A DNA stretch of 64,000 nucleotides from Eledone cirrhosa (lineage: Eukaryota). Location of the stretch: NCBI GenBank assembly GCA_964016885.1, contig OZ024742.1, positions 175,522,001 to 175,586,000 of the forward strand, read 5' to 3'. Of the stretch, positions 26,640 through 39,740 are shown piece after piece. Position numbers and translations under genes: made by a program. Within the stretch, counting starts at the first letter, position 1; each line of letters starts with the position of its first letter. Below the pieces are notes generated by a model, which saw nothing but the letters and a program-made list of their open reading frames with translations, was not told where the DNA came from and made no database searches.

Positions 26640-27300
26640 AGAAACAATGCCGACTATATTGAATTTATGGAGTCCATGATTGGTATGCCATATATAGCAG
26701 GATATTGGCTTATATGAACAATCATATAAGCTGAAATTTGGATTTTGGATCAAATATAGGTTGGTATTAAAAAACCTTTGAGTTTATATTGATTATTGAC
26801 ATTTTGAAGTAATTAAAGATATGAAAGATACTTTAATGATGTCTTTCTATGAAGTCAAGTTCATAACCACTGTATTCTGCCGTCACCTATGGATCAGAAA
26901 CCTAGAATTAATAGAAAAGCCAGCTCTAAAGCTATAAATAATGTAAAGAGCCCATCAAATGATCATGTTAAAAACCACATGGTGTGATCGAAAAACTGCC
27001 AAATGGATCTTAGAAGACACAAGTTCATGATATCCTATAAAGCTTTAGCAAAGCAGAATGGAAGTGGGTGGGACACATTTCCAGAATAACTGACAACAGA
27101 TGGACTACTTGCAACACATTCTGGACCCAATGAGGCAACACAAGAAACCAAGGCCCCATCAAATAAGATAGTGAGGCAACCTGAAGAAAATTGAAAAGTT
27201 TTGCCCATGAATGGTTCAGGATTACAAAAATGTTACAGCCCACGGAAGGCCTATTTTTAACAACAGACTTTTCAGGGCTCAAGACGATGATGATGACGAT
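26640..27300 (+). pseudogene. Old RTE-type LINE 3' fragment (second family)
   Basis: VTYGSET* at 26882 and KQNGSG/WKWVGHISRITDNRWT at about 27050-27110; ends in (GAT/GAC)n. Confidence 0.7.
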
Positions 27301-27579
27301 TTCTATGATAAAATTACATACTTATTCACCATATATGTACAGATAGCATTCAGGAAAATTAGTAATTTTAGAAAAATAACTGTTTATAGGGACAAATGTA
27401 AGGAACCCATTATCTTGTGATTGCAAAGCAAACTTCTTACTGTAGCATCACGTCTGAGATAGGAAATGCATTGTATGTGTGTTTGAGCATGTACATTTTT
27501 AAGAGTTACAAAAAGATATATATATCTAAATAAATATACAAACCAAGATATTATGGTTGATTGTTATCCATTTGTATGG

Positions 27580-27582
<3 letters not shown>

Positions 27583-27666
<84 letters not shown>
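27583..27666. repeat. (GA)n microsatellite
   Basis: Direct reading. Confidence 0.97.
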
Positions 27667-27668
<2 letters not shown>

Positions 27669-27834
27669 CATGTGTTAGAGACGGCTTCCATTTAAATTAA
27701 TAAATATCATTCTGTGCCTCATAACAGGTGATATAGTTATAAGATCTTGAAATCCATTTGGAATATAATAAAAACCACCACTAGACAGTTCCTCAGTTGG
27801 AGATGATAAATATAATTTTATTTATTCCTCCATA

Positions 27835-28080
27835 TTTCATCTTTACCTCTTTTGATTCAAAACTGCCTGAAACCACCCCTGGTTTTACAATACTCAGCTG
27901 TTTAGATTTATCTAAAAACCTTCCATAATAATTTTATCTAAGGAAATTTATGTTTCAGACACCAGTTTAATAATGAATAAGTTAGTTATCCTCCTAAATC
28001 CCTGCAAGTTATTTTTTGAAAAATTATTTGAAACTCATAGTCAGTGACATTTGTGAGAAATATGGTAATAAAAGGGTTAA
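27835..28080. mobile_element. MITE-like remnant ending AAAGGGTTAA (piggyBac-like terminus)
   Basis: gaaatatggtaataaaagggttaa; the same terminus and body recur at 54140-54305, 54680-54820 and degenerate at 4640-5030. Confidence 0.5.
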
Positions 28081-29863
28081 CAAACAGTAAACTAAAATGT
28101 TTGGAATGAAGTTTATTGTAAATAACAAGAAAACTAATATAATATATGTAAAACAGAATGATATGTGGTATGGACTGATATTGTAGATGGATGTATTAAA
28201 ATATTCCGATAGAAGAATCCTGCAATATTTCTATAGCATTTGATAAAGCCAATGTACATAAAAGTTTTGATATCAAACATATTGCAGATACTGGATTCCT
28301 CTTGCTCTTCGATTTCCCAGCTGAAAATAAGAGATGAAGGTAACAAATTTGAGGTCACACACCTTCCCCAACATCTATAGAAATAAAATCTTGAAGGTTT
28401 GCTCATCCAATATCAAATTGGCTTTTGACAGCTTCTGGTAAATCTTTGTATTGTATATCAATCAAATCTATCATATTGAAAATAAAATGTGCTGAACAAC
28501 TACAAAGCTAGAATACTGATGTTATAAAGTTCCATAACATCATGAAGTAAAATAAATATCTGGAGAGGCCTTCCCCAGAATGTGCGCACAAACAACATTG
28601 GTTAGTGGAGGGAGGCTACATCTTCTTGCTACTTACTATTTCAAGATGCCTTACTTATTATATTTCTAATGAAAAACATTGCAAAGTTTGGAAAGATCTA
28701 TCAATATAATTAACTTTCTCATAAATAAATATTAAGCTTTAATTGCTTGTTTCCTTTTTGTGATGGTTGTCACAGAGACTTCTGGTGTCCTCAATGTCTG
28801 GACTGTCAATTTTCTTCACAAAATCTGAAGGTGGCCATCACAACTGAGGACGATGCCCTGTGAAGTGGAATGGCTGATACAGTAGATAATGCTGACTATC
28901 CCCCATGGCAATGCTTTTGCCCTCTTGTCTTCAAGGTGCAGCTGAGTTATACCACCCAGCCAATGGTATAAACCTTGCTTCTTTCCACCCTCTTTTTTAA
29001 CCAGACCAACAGTTCTTCTTTATCTCAACAGACATTTTACAAAAATGTTGCTAGCTTTCTTATTTAACATTCAAGATAACAGAAACTATATCACCTTCAG
29101 TTTCTCGACTGTAAGCCTACCTAGCTTAAAACTGACAACCTGTCCAACCCACCTCAGCATAGAAATGGACACAAAATAACGATCATTATGATGATTCTCC
29201 CAAAAACATTTGTATGGCTTCCTATGTCTATGTATCTGTTATCATCATCATCATGATCATTTATCTATTTTCTTTGCTAGTAAGGATTGGATGGGTTATC
29301 ACAGGCCAAGTCTCTATTTGGAGATATTAACCTCAGGCCTAGGAGTGTGAGGGCAGAACATTTTATTTACATACATTCTTGTATTCTACACAGTGCACTG
29401 GGTGCATTTTATTATGGCACAAGAAATATAGAGGTTGTCATATCCTCCCAACTCTGAGAACACACTGACTTTACAAACTACATATGCAACTTGAAGTCTG
29501 TTAAAATTATCTCCTATTCAGTGAGCCAGAACTATTTCTACATATATAAATATTAAGATCTTTCTATCTATCACCCTCCTCCTCCTGCTTCTCATATCAC
29601 CCTCCCCCCACTCCTCATCATTCTCCACTCTATCTCCCCAAAATCCAATAGACAGAAAATAATATGCAATAAACTGGAAATTTGTTTCATATATAATGAA
29701 GAATTAAATGCTGTTCTTGAAATAATTCAGCACATTCACTGCACATCAATAAAAAGAAACAATAACAACAACAACAATACAAGCAGTCTTTTAAAGATAG
29801 GGAAAAAAAGAAAAAGAAGCTATAGCAGACAAAACATTAAGCAATTCTATCCTTGACGTCTTC

Positions 29864-29877
29864 GTTGCCATAGTAAC
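29864..29877. promoter_or_regulatory. RFX X-box-like site next to a CRE-like TGACGTC
   Basis: GTTGCCATAGTAAC fits GTNRCCATRGYAAC; TGACGTC at 29854-29860. Motif match only. Confidence 0.35.
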
Positions 29878-30109
29878 CCCGAGTAAAAACAACAAAAACA
29901 TATTAAATTATCTATTTGAACAAAGAAAGTCTTACAAATTACAAATCTACATGAGACATTATATATTGTTTTCCTAACAAGTAAAATCAATAAATCTATC
30001 TGCTATTTAAATTACTACTTCCTCCATACAATTCATATATTACCATTCTGGAGGTGAAATATTGGCATAAATGATAGATCTTCATTCCTCTATAAATTGT
30101 GTTGAAATA

Positions 30110-31790
30110 CTTATGCCGGACTAAAGCCATGTTATTGGTGAATATTGCAGTGGTGGTGTGGAGTGGTGTGGTTTTGATATGCAGGACTAACACCATATTA
30201 GAGCTGTATATTGCAGTGATGGTGTGGAGTGGTGTGGCTATTGTATGCTGGATTAAATTCATATTATTGGTGAATATTGCAGTGGTGGTGTGGAATGGGG
30301 TGGCTTTGATATGCAGGACTAACACCATGTTAGAGCTGTATATTGCAGTGAGTGTGTGGAATGGGGTGGTTTTAATATGCAGGTCTAACATGTTAGTGCT
30401 GTATATTGCAGTGGTGGTGTGGAGTAGTGTGGCTATGGTATGCTGGACTGAAGCCATGTTATAGGTGAATATTGCAGTGGTGGTGTGGAGTGGTGTGGCT
30501 ATGGTATGCTGGACTGAAGCCATGTTATAGGTGAATATTGCAGTGGTGGTGTGGAGTGGTGTGGCTATGATATGCTGGACTGAAGCCATGTTATAGGTGA
30601 ATATTGCAGTGGAGGTGTGGAGTAGTGTGGCTATGGTATGCTGGACTGAAGCCATGTTATAGGTGAATATTGCAGTGGAGGTGTGGAGTGGTGTGGCTAT
30701 GATATGCTGGACTGAAGCCATGTTATAGGTGAATATTGCAGTGGTGGTGTGGAGTGGTGTGGCTATGATATGCAGGGCTGAAGCCATGTTATTGGTGAAT
30801 ATTGCAGTGGTGGTGTGGAGTAGTGTGGCTATGATATACTGGACTGAAGCCATGTTATTGGTGAATATTGCAGTGGTGGTGTGGAGTGGTGTGGCTATGA
30901 TATGCAGGACTGAAGCCATGTTATAGGTGAATATTGCAGTGGTGGTGTGGAGTGGTGTGGCTATGATATGCTGGATTGAAGCCATGTTATAGCTGAATAT
31001 TGCAGTGGTGGTGTGGAGTGGTGTGGCTATGATATGCTGGATTGAAGCCATGTTATAGCTGAATATTGCAGTGGTGGTGTGGAGTAGTGTGGCTATGATA
31101 TACTGGACTGAAGCCATGTTATTGGTGAATATTGCAGTGGTGGTGTGGAGTAGTGTGGCTATGGTATGCTGGACTGAAGCCATGTTATTGGTGAATATTG
31201 CAGTGGTGGTGTGGAGTGGTGTGGCTATGGTATGCTGGACTAAAGCCATGTTATAGCTGAATATTGCAGTGGAGGTGTGGAGTAGTGTGGCTATGGAATG
31301 CTGGACTGAAGCCATGTTATAGGTGAATATTGCAGTGGTGGTGTGGAGTGGTGTGGCTATGGTATGCTGGATTGAAGCCATGTTATTGGTGAATATTGCA
31401 GTGGTGGTGTGGAGTGGTGTGGCTATGGTATGCTGGACTGAAGCCATGTTATTGGTGAATATTGCAGTGGTGGTGTGGAGTGGTGTGGCTATGGTATGCT
31501 GGACTGAAGCCATGTTATTGGTGAATATTGCAGTGGTGGTGTGGAGTGGTGTGGCTATGATATGCAGGACTGAAGCCATGTTATTGGTGAATATTGCATG
31601 TTAGTGCTGTATATTGCAGTGAAATTGTAGAGTGAGGTGGCTATGATATGCCGGACTAAAGCCATGTTAGTGCTATATATTGCAGAGAGAAGGTGAAGTG
31701 ATCATGACATGGAGGACTAAAACTCTGTTAGTGTTGTTTATTGCTGTGAGAAGTGGGTGTAGACTATGATGGAACATATGGCCATGTGTG
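30110..31790. repeat. 63-bp minisatellite, ~25 copies
   Basis: Unit gccatgttat(t/a)ggtgaatattgcagtggtggtgtggagtggtgtggctatg(g/a)tatgctggactgaa; homogeneous centre, diverged edges. Confidence 0.95.
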
Positions 31791-32339
31791 AAACTGTCAT
31801 CAAACAAATGCTCCATCTCAACTCTCTCTGTCTCTTTCAGTTATGAGGGAAACAGATGTTAAACAACCAAAACCCCAACAGCAACTCCCCTCTATCTGCC
31901 AAGGACAAAATATTAGCTGTAACATCATCAATGCTGCCATAATAACACATAGGTCTGGAGACACTGTAAATATGTGGAATGAATATGTAAAAGGAAAAAA
32001 AATCTTAATGCGAGAAAAATTAGAAAGCTGAAAACAATCTATTACAAACCAAGTAAGAAACATTACAGAGAAATACAAATCTCATTTTATTTATACATCA
32101 CAAGTGTAATGTAACATCACTACTTAGTAAAATTACAGACACAACAAAATAACCCAACACAAATTACAATGAAAATAATGTAATGTAGTATGGTAATTTG
32201 TTTGGCTGTATCTATTAATGAATGCTAAGTTAAATGATGAATAACTTGTGAAAACTTAATTCTCTTGTATACGAAGAACACACAACAATTTGTCTCTTGA
32301 AGGGAAATCATAATGCAAGAAAATATTGGCAGGTGAGAT

Positions 32340-32765
32340 TTGAAAAATATGAATCTGACTGACATAAAGACTGAAAAAATTTGGAAGATTGTCTGACAAA
32401 CATAGAATCTGGAACAATTTAGGAGATTGTCTGACTGAAAAAGACTCAGGAAAGATTTGGGAGATTGTCTGATTAACATAGAATCTGGAAATAGTTTGGA
32501 GATTGTCTCAGTGACATAGACTCTGGAAAGATTTGGGAGATTGTCTGATCAACATAGACTCAGGAAAGATTTGTGAGATTTTTCTGACTGACAGAGAGTC
32601 TAGAAAGATTTGGAGGATTGTCTGACTGACATAGACTATGGAAAGATTTGGGAGATTGTCTGACTGACATAAACTCTGGAAATATTTGGGAGATTGTCTG
32701 AGTGACATAGATTCTGGAAAGATTTAGGAGAAAATTCTGACTGACAGCCTTGAAGGATTTGGGAC
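32340..32765. repeat. ~39-bp minisatellite, ~10 copies
   Basis: Unit ggaaagatttgggagattgtctgactgacatagactct. Confidence 0.9.
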
Positions 32766-33250
32766 TAGCTTCAATGTTTTAGGATTTTCATTTAGTTTTA
32801 TAAGCTGCAATCACATGTCAGAAATTTCCTAGAACATTCTAAATTAATTAGATGGGGTGGAGTGAACCTAAATATTTTTATGTTTAATTTGACAGGATAA
32901 TAAATCCAATGAAAGAGCATTACTCAAAAGGTAAATATATATAATTTACAGTAAGAAGGTATTCAATGGACTAGTCAAATTCATTTCTTTAGAGTGTCCA
33001 AATGTGGGAGGCAATATATATAATGGATTCATGAGCAGAAGCAATAGAATACATAAATATGTAACTTTACATACAAGAACTAAGATGAAGGGAAGACACA
33101 GAAATATACTTCCCTGGTAAGGAATACAGGTACAGATTTGTTTGGTTGAGTAAAATTGCTAGAGTTTGTAGTGTAAAAATACAGTTGACAGAAAAGTGAA
33201 TAGATGTAACAACTGAAGTAGTTGGAATATGTGACAGAATAATGAACATT

Positions 33251-33653
33251 TAGTGTCCTGTCCATGCAGGGGCTCCCACAGGAGCACTGAATACAGTGTC
33301 AACTCTGGATATCGGTGAGCATGTCCAGCTAACCTCAGTATCCTTTGTGCTATTTTGAGCTGACTTTTGGGAGGCTCCCATACAACTCTGAGTTCTTCAT
33401 CCTCAGTGTATACTGATTAATGATCAGAGCCATCCTCAGCATTCTCATGTAGCACCCATCCACCATCTGAGTGAGTTTCTTGGATACACTGGTAGAAGAT
33501 CGAGGTTGACATATGTTGATGCCCTAAGGACAGACACTGGTATCTTGAGACGCAGGACATGGCAGCAATAATGAGGGACAGAGACCACTGGAGAGAACTT
33601 GCCCATGGATCTCGGGAATTTTACTTGCCCTAGATAGATAGATAGTGTCCTGT
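33251..33653 (+). mobile_element. Short retroposed insertion with (TAGA)n tail and 11-bp target-site duplication
   Basis: TAGTGTCCTGT at 33251-33261 and 33643-33653; GC-richer body; tagatagatagatag end. Confidence 0.65.
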
Positions 33654-33854
33654 AAAACTGCATTAGAAATTTTTCTCTTGAAAAAGTATAAAATAACACT
33701 ATGACTGCATCAAATTAAAAACTAAAATCTTTAGTTTACTTCGTATTTTCATAACCACCTGCTCACTTATATGTATATACCATAAATGTTTGAATTACCA
33801 AAACTGTTTCTAGTTATTTTCTACTAAACCATTACAAGGTGTCAAGAGTTAAGC

Positions 33855-34000
33855 TTAAACTAAGCACAGGACAAACAACAGCAGCAGTGATCTCAGTCTA
33901 TATGCTGCAATTAAGAATGACAGATGAACAAAAGAACTATTTCTATGAAGCTCTTTTGTAGACTACTTCAATAACAGAGGATAATAACTTCATTATCACT
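33855..34000 (+). pseudogene. Short APE endonuclease remnant of an RTE-type LINE
   Basis: VISVYA and TDEQKNYFYEALL*TTS parallel 18420-18570. Confidence 0.55.
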
Positions 34001-36794
34001 CCTGTTATGGTTACTTCACTCAGTGAATAGGCAGTCATTAGAACGTCAGATAGAATATTTTATAGTATTCATTTTGGCTCTCTGTTCTCAGAGTTGAAAC
34101 CTCACTGAAATCAATTTTGTCTTTCATCCTTTTGAGTTCTATAAAATAATTACCAGTCCTGTACTGGGGTCAATTCTTTCTCTCTAGCTCTCAATTCCTT
34201 TTCTTCACTCTCTGCTTCTTAGAGAAATCAACTATTTTCAGACCTGAAGAGTGGAAGTGCCCTGCCACGTTTAAAAATATCCAAGAAATGCTCTATGCTG
34301 TGACAGTTCCCCGACAACTCCACCTGGAGTTATGGGTCTATCGACATATACAAACATGATGGCTGGAAACTCTGCTAAGAGTATTGCAATCACTTGTCAG
34401 ATTATAGAGTTTGGTGCACTATAATAGTGTTTGCTATGGCCAGGCACATGAACCTGAATCATATCTGGAACATCAATGACTGTGCTTTGAAGGTTTGTTA
34501 AGTGGGAAAGACCTTGCACTCGACCAATCCCACTCTCTGAGCATCAAAAACACTACATGAAAAGGATAACTGGTCAACATCATAGGATGCTTCCGAAGCT
34601 GCAGGTTTTTGTTCAGAATTTCCCTCTCCTAGAAAGGTGTGGTGACAACAACTGCAGGCTTTTCACTCCCAGGTAAAAAAAAAAAATACTATTTGGATGG
34701 CCGTTGACTCTGCTGAGTTCCTCTGCCCTTTGCCGGGTCTTGTATTTCATCCCACAAGGTGTCCAAATATCAACCTCCTCACCAAGCTAGCTTCGTGGGG
34801 TTGCCAGTTTAATCACCGACGACCTGACCAAGAGACATGTTGTACTGGGTTACATGTTACCAGTAGCACTCGAGAGCAACCTGACATAATACATATACAT
34901 TCATACATACACACGCACATACATGCATACTTACATACAATGATTATTTTAAGTTACAGGAGGCCATATATATGGTAGATTATGAAAACAGATCATCATC
35001 GGGTTTTATTGTCAACTTTACCTTCAAGAAACAGACTCTCTTCTTGACCACCTACCACTCAGACAAACATACAAGAAAGATATATGTTATACAGGATAGT
35101 TGTAAATATTAAATCTTTCCTCAGTGAAGAAAATACCAATTAACATAGATTTGTGATTATTGACAACAGAGTAAAACCTTCATGAATCCAAAGAGTAAAA
35201 TGGGTAAATGGTAAAGTATACCTTCGGTTATGAATGATTATTGGTTTTGGTCCTAGAAATTTCCCCTCTGAGGCACAAGTGCAGGCAAGGTGTTTATGTG
35301 GAACAGCAAGAGTCATCCTTCTCCACATCACCAATATTGCCCAAGAGAAAGGCAAAAGTCAATACAGCTTGGCTCCAGTGGTGTCACAATTCTACGGATA
35401 AGTTGACTGACAATGGGAAATAAAGTGTCATGCTTGAGGACACAATACACCACCCAGTCTGGAAATTGAACTCACAATCTCACAACTGTGAACCAAATGC
35501 TCTAATCATTAACTCAGATATCTTCACAAGATAATTTGTCTATCATCGATGAATGCTTCAAATCCCATATTGAAACACCATAATTTAGTTTTTACAAAAT
35601 CTAACAGTCTTCACAGTAGAGAGCAGAGGCTAATAAAAATAGATTATGAGTTCAATTTGAGGAATATGAGAGTAAAGTGGAATTCAGAGCATTTAGATGT
35701 TTTATGTTTTGGTGCACCTAAAGTTTATTACACTGAAGAGAAAATATGATACAAAGTTTATAATATAAATGGCAATAAGGAAACAAAAAAAGAAAAAGAA
35801 TAAAGAAAGAAAAAGAAAGCAAAATTAAACAATGAATGAAAAGAACAGGTAGAGGGAGCAACATAATTAACATTCCAGTCCAGATGGTATGCTTCAGCTG
35901 TCCCACACTACAGACAAAATGGCAAAAGCATTGCCACAAAGAATGGCCAACAAAACCTGCTGTAATTGCAACACCCCTTACCCCCTTCCTCAGACAGGCT
36001 GCTGTCTTTCCGAGGTATACCTGGGGTTTAGACCAGCAGCCAGTGTGAAAAAGGAACAGTCAGTCAAGTTCAGGTATTTGGGTATTTTCTGCTCTGCATT
36101 ACGGGCAGCAGTGTTCATGTTTGTGGCCAAGGTGACAAGATTAGAGAAGGAAATGAGTCACACATGTGGCATTCGAGATTAAGGATTTACCATCCTCAAA
36201 TGTGAAGAGAGATAACACGTCTGGGCATTTATCATGACCATGGTCAAAGCCAACTGGCTCCAGTTGTGCAGGATTTAAACTCTGATCTTCTTCCAACACT
36301 GCCAATTCACCACCCTAGACCACTGCTTAAAATATTCATGGTGAGATTAAATGTATGTATATTATACATAAATATATCGTATATAGATTCATATACACCT
36401 TTATATAATATATTGTATAGAAATTCATATACACGTTATATAATTTATTGTATATAGTGTCATAAACACATTTTGATAATGTATTTTCTATAAACCAGCA
36501 GCAATAGTTAAGTATAAACAACACTTTTCTATGACAATTCTTAAAATAATTAATCTGAAATGTGTAAATATGTTCTCACAGCCACTAGGCAGACTTGATA
36601 TGTAATAAATAGAGTAATATATATGTGACTACCCATATATATGTATTTGTGTATATCTATATATATATATATATTTATATATACACACACACATATATAT
36701 ATATATACATACACAACCATATAAATATGTTCTCAGGGTGACTAGATCAACTTGTTCTTATGTAATAGATACTATCCATATATACAGTGTATTG

Positions 36795-36839
<45 letters not shown>

Positions 36840-36899
36840 TACAAATAGATATATACATACACATGTATATAAACATATAAATAAATATATATATGTGTG

Positions 36900-37640
36900 T
36901 ATCATCATCATCATCATCATCAGGTTTAGCGTCCGTGTTCCACGCTTGCATGGGTTTGGACGGGGGTTTTCCCACTTGAGGCAAGAGTGGTTGTCTTGCT
37001 CGCATAGGACTGTCTGGCGGGTTTTCTACAGTTGGATGCCCTTCCTAACACCAACCACATTTACAGTGTGGGGCTGGGAGGTTTTTACCGTGTTGCCTAC
37101 ACGGCCACATTTACAGCGTGGACTGTGTGTTTTTTGTCGTGACACCTACACGATCTCATTTGTTTCGGCCTGGATGTTGTGGGACCAACATAACTTTACA
37201 TTGAAAGGGGCGGTGTGGAGGTGGTGGGACGGGGGTGTGTTTTGATAGAGGTGCCTACTGACTGTAGTAGGTTTTTACTTTGTATTTAGGTAAGGCGGGT
37301 CTTCTCTATTACTGAGTACCGCCAAAGGTCTCGGTCTAGTGACATTGTCTTGGAGAGGTGTAAGCGTGTGAGGTCGGAATTTATCAGCTCGTCCCATGTT
37401 TTTCTGGGTCTGCCTACTCCGTGGCTACCGTCTATCTTTATTGCCCTGCACTTTGTTATACAGCTGTCGTCTTTCATGCGCATCACGTGACCGTACCAAC
37501 GTAGCCTTCTCTCGAGTAAACAACATCTGATCCCTCTTATTTCTAATTTTTTCCTTAGTTCGTTTATGCTTTGCCGTTCACGTATATTACTATTGCACAT
37601 CCAGCGGAGCATGCAAGCTTCGTTCCTCTCTAGTCTGCGT
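36900..37640 (-). mobile_element. 5'-truncated RTE-type LINE, same family as 21771-22882
   Basis: IRRLERNEACMLRWMC...RRLRWYGHVMR...GRPRKTW...DRDLWR; matching 3' UTR; (GAT)n tail. Confidence 0.92.
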
Positions 37641-37700
37641 ATATATATATATATATATTTATTTAAATATAAACACACAAATATACATATATATATATAT

Positions 37701-38209
37701 ATTCACATTGAGAACACAGATTTTCCTTATCCAATAAATAATGGCATTTGTTCACACAGTCACTAGACAGACCGTTATTATCTAATGATGTTGTATAAAA
37801 CATAACTAACGTGAGAACAATATATTATTTACAAATTCAAGAAATATAACACATATGATTATTTCAAAAAATATGTTTCTTTCCATTGATATTTTTGTTT
37901 AGATTGAAAGACAGGTTTTAATGGAAACATTGGTCCCAGAAATTATCTAGCTAATGTTTGGCATGAAGAATTAGAAAGTTTAACAAATATATATATAATG
38001 TGTTGTGTTATATTACATACATATTGCATCATGTAATATCATATAAATATATATATGATATATATATATATATGATATACCTAACTCTTCCCATGGACTG
38101 AGTGCTCTACCACTACAGATATTACCTTCCAGTGTTCTACCATCTGTAGTGGTAGAGCACTCAGTCCATGGGACGAGTTAGGTATATCATATATATATCT
38201 ATCATATAT

Positions 38210-38252
<43 letters not shown>

Positions 38253-38577
38253 CAATATGTATGTAATATAACACAACACATTATATATATATTTGTTAAA
38301 CCTTCTAATTCTTCATGCCAAACATTACCTAGATAATTTCTGGGACCAATGTTTCCATTAAAACCTGTCTTTAAATCTAAACAAAAAGATCAATGGAAAG
38401 AAACATATTTTTTGAAATAATCATCTGTGTTATATTTCTTGAATTTGTAAATGATATATTGTTTTCATGTTAGTTATGTTTTATACACATCATTAGATAA
38501 CAACGGTCTGTCTAGTGACTGTGTGAACAAATCCCATTATTTATTGGATAAGGAAAATCTGTGTTCTCAATGTGAAT
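37701..38577. repeat. ~880-bp fold-back palindrome with a nested central hairpin
   Basis: Outer arms 37701-38032 and 38247-38577; inner arms 38072-38120 and 38142-38190. Confidence 0.92.
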
Positions 38578-39444
38578 ATATATATATTTAATTTTGACTG
38601 GGCAAATATCAAAGTTCCTCCTGAAATTAATTATTTGACCATTAATTCTAAATGCACGCATGTAACTCATTCCAAACTAGAGCAACATTTAACAGTGTTA
38701 TGTAATTTTTGCAGTATAATATAATTGTTTATACTGTTGGCACAAGGCCAGTGATACCCAGTGTCTTACTGGTACTTTATTTTATCGATCCTGTAAGGAT
38801 GAAAGGTATGATGTAATTTAAATTGCAATAAAAACGTAAGCTATTACCAGGAAATAAATGTAAAAAACTGATCATTTACAATATTGTTTATGGCATCCAT
38901 GTATTTAGATCATCATCTAAAGCATCATTTAATGTCCAATTTCCCAATTTTAATGGTTTGGATGATGTGTCATAGACAAAGTCAGTACTTGATTGAAGTC
39001 ACTGATCTCCTTGATAGGCTGAGAATTCATCTTACATGCATTCCCACATTCTACAGAATGCATCAGGCACTTCGAGATGATTCCAACATTAGAGGGGTGG
39101 TCATGTCCTTGGCACAGCAGAAGAGTCCTCTCTATCCTTTGTTTGGCAGGTTTTCTATAACAGAATGTTATTCTTATCCCCATTCACTTTATAGACTGTA
39201 CTAGGTACATTTTACCATGTCATCAACACTAGAGAGGTTGTAGTGTAAATGAGTTAAGTGTATACAATTATTGCTACAGTGAGAGAAACATATGTAGATA
39301 TTGACATGGTGTTGGAACTGCTCTATGAAAATATTTACTAATTTTATTTTAGCTTTCAATGATATAGTCTATTGTAATATTGTATGTGTAAGCACAGCTA
39401 AGTGGTTAAGAAGTTCGCTTTACACTTGTGTGGCAATGCTGGTT

Positions 39445-39740
39445 AAATGATGGTGATTGTGGTGGTGTAATGATGATGTTTTATGGTGATAGTGGAGATG
39501 TAATGATGCTGGTGATAGTGGTGGTGTAATGATGATGGTGGTGTTATGATGATGATAGTGGTGATAGGGGTAATGTAATGGTGATGGTGGTGTAATAATG
39601 ATGGTGATAGTTGTAGTGTAATGTTGATGGTGGTGATGTGTTATGATGGTGATAGTGGGGGTGAAATGATGAGGGTGTAAAATTGGTGATAATGATTATT
39701 TAATCATAGCAATAATGGTGTAGTGGTGGTGATAGTGATG
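39445..39740. repeat. Degenerate (GGT/GAT)n simple repeat
   Basis: Direct reading. Confidence 0.85.

Noticed and set aside
35836-36182. Cys-containing ORFs as possible host exons (also 9249-9633, 14055-14432, 54828-55073)
   Set aside because: No recognisable domain, splice pattern or coding bias; cannot be supported without transcript data.
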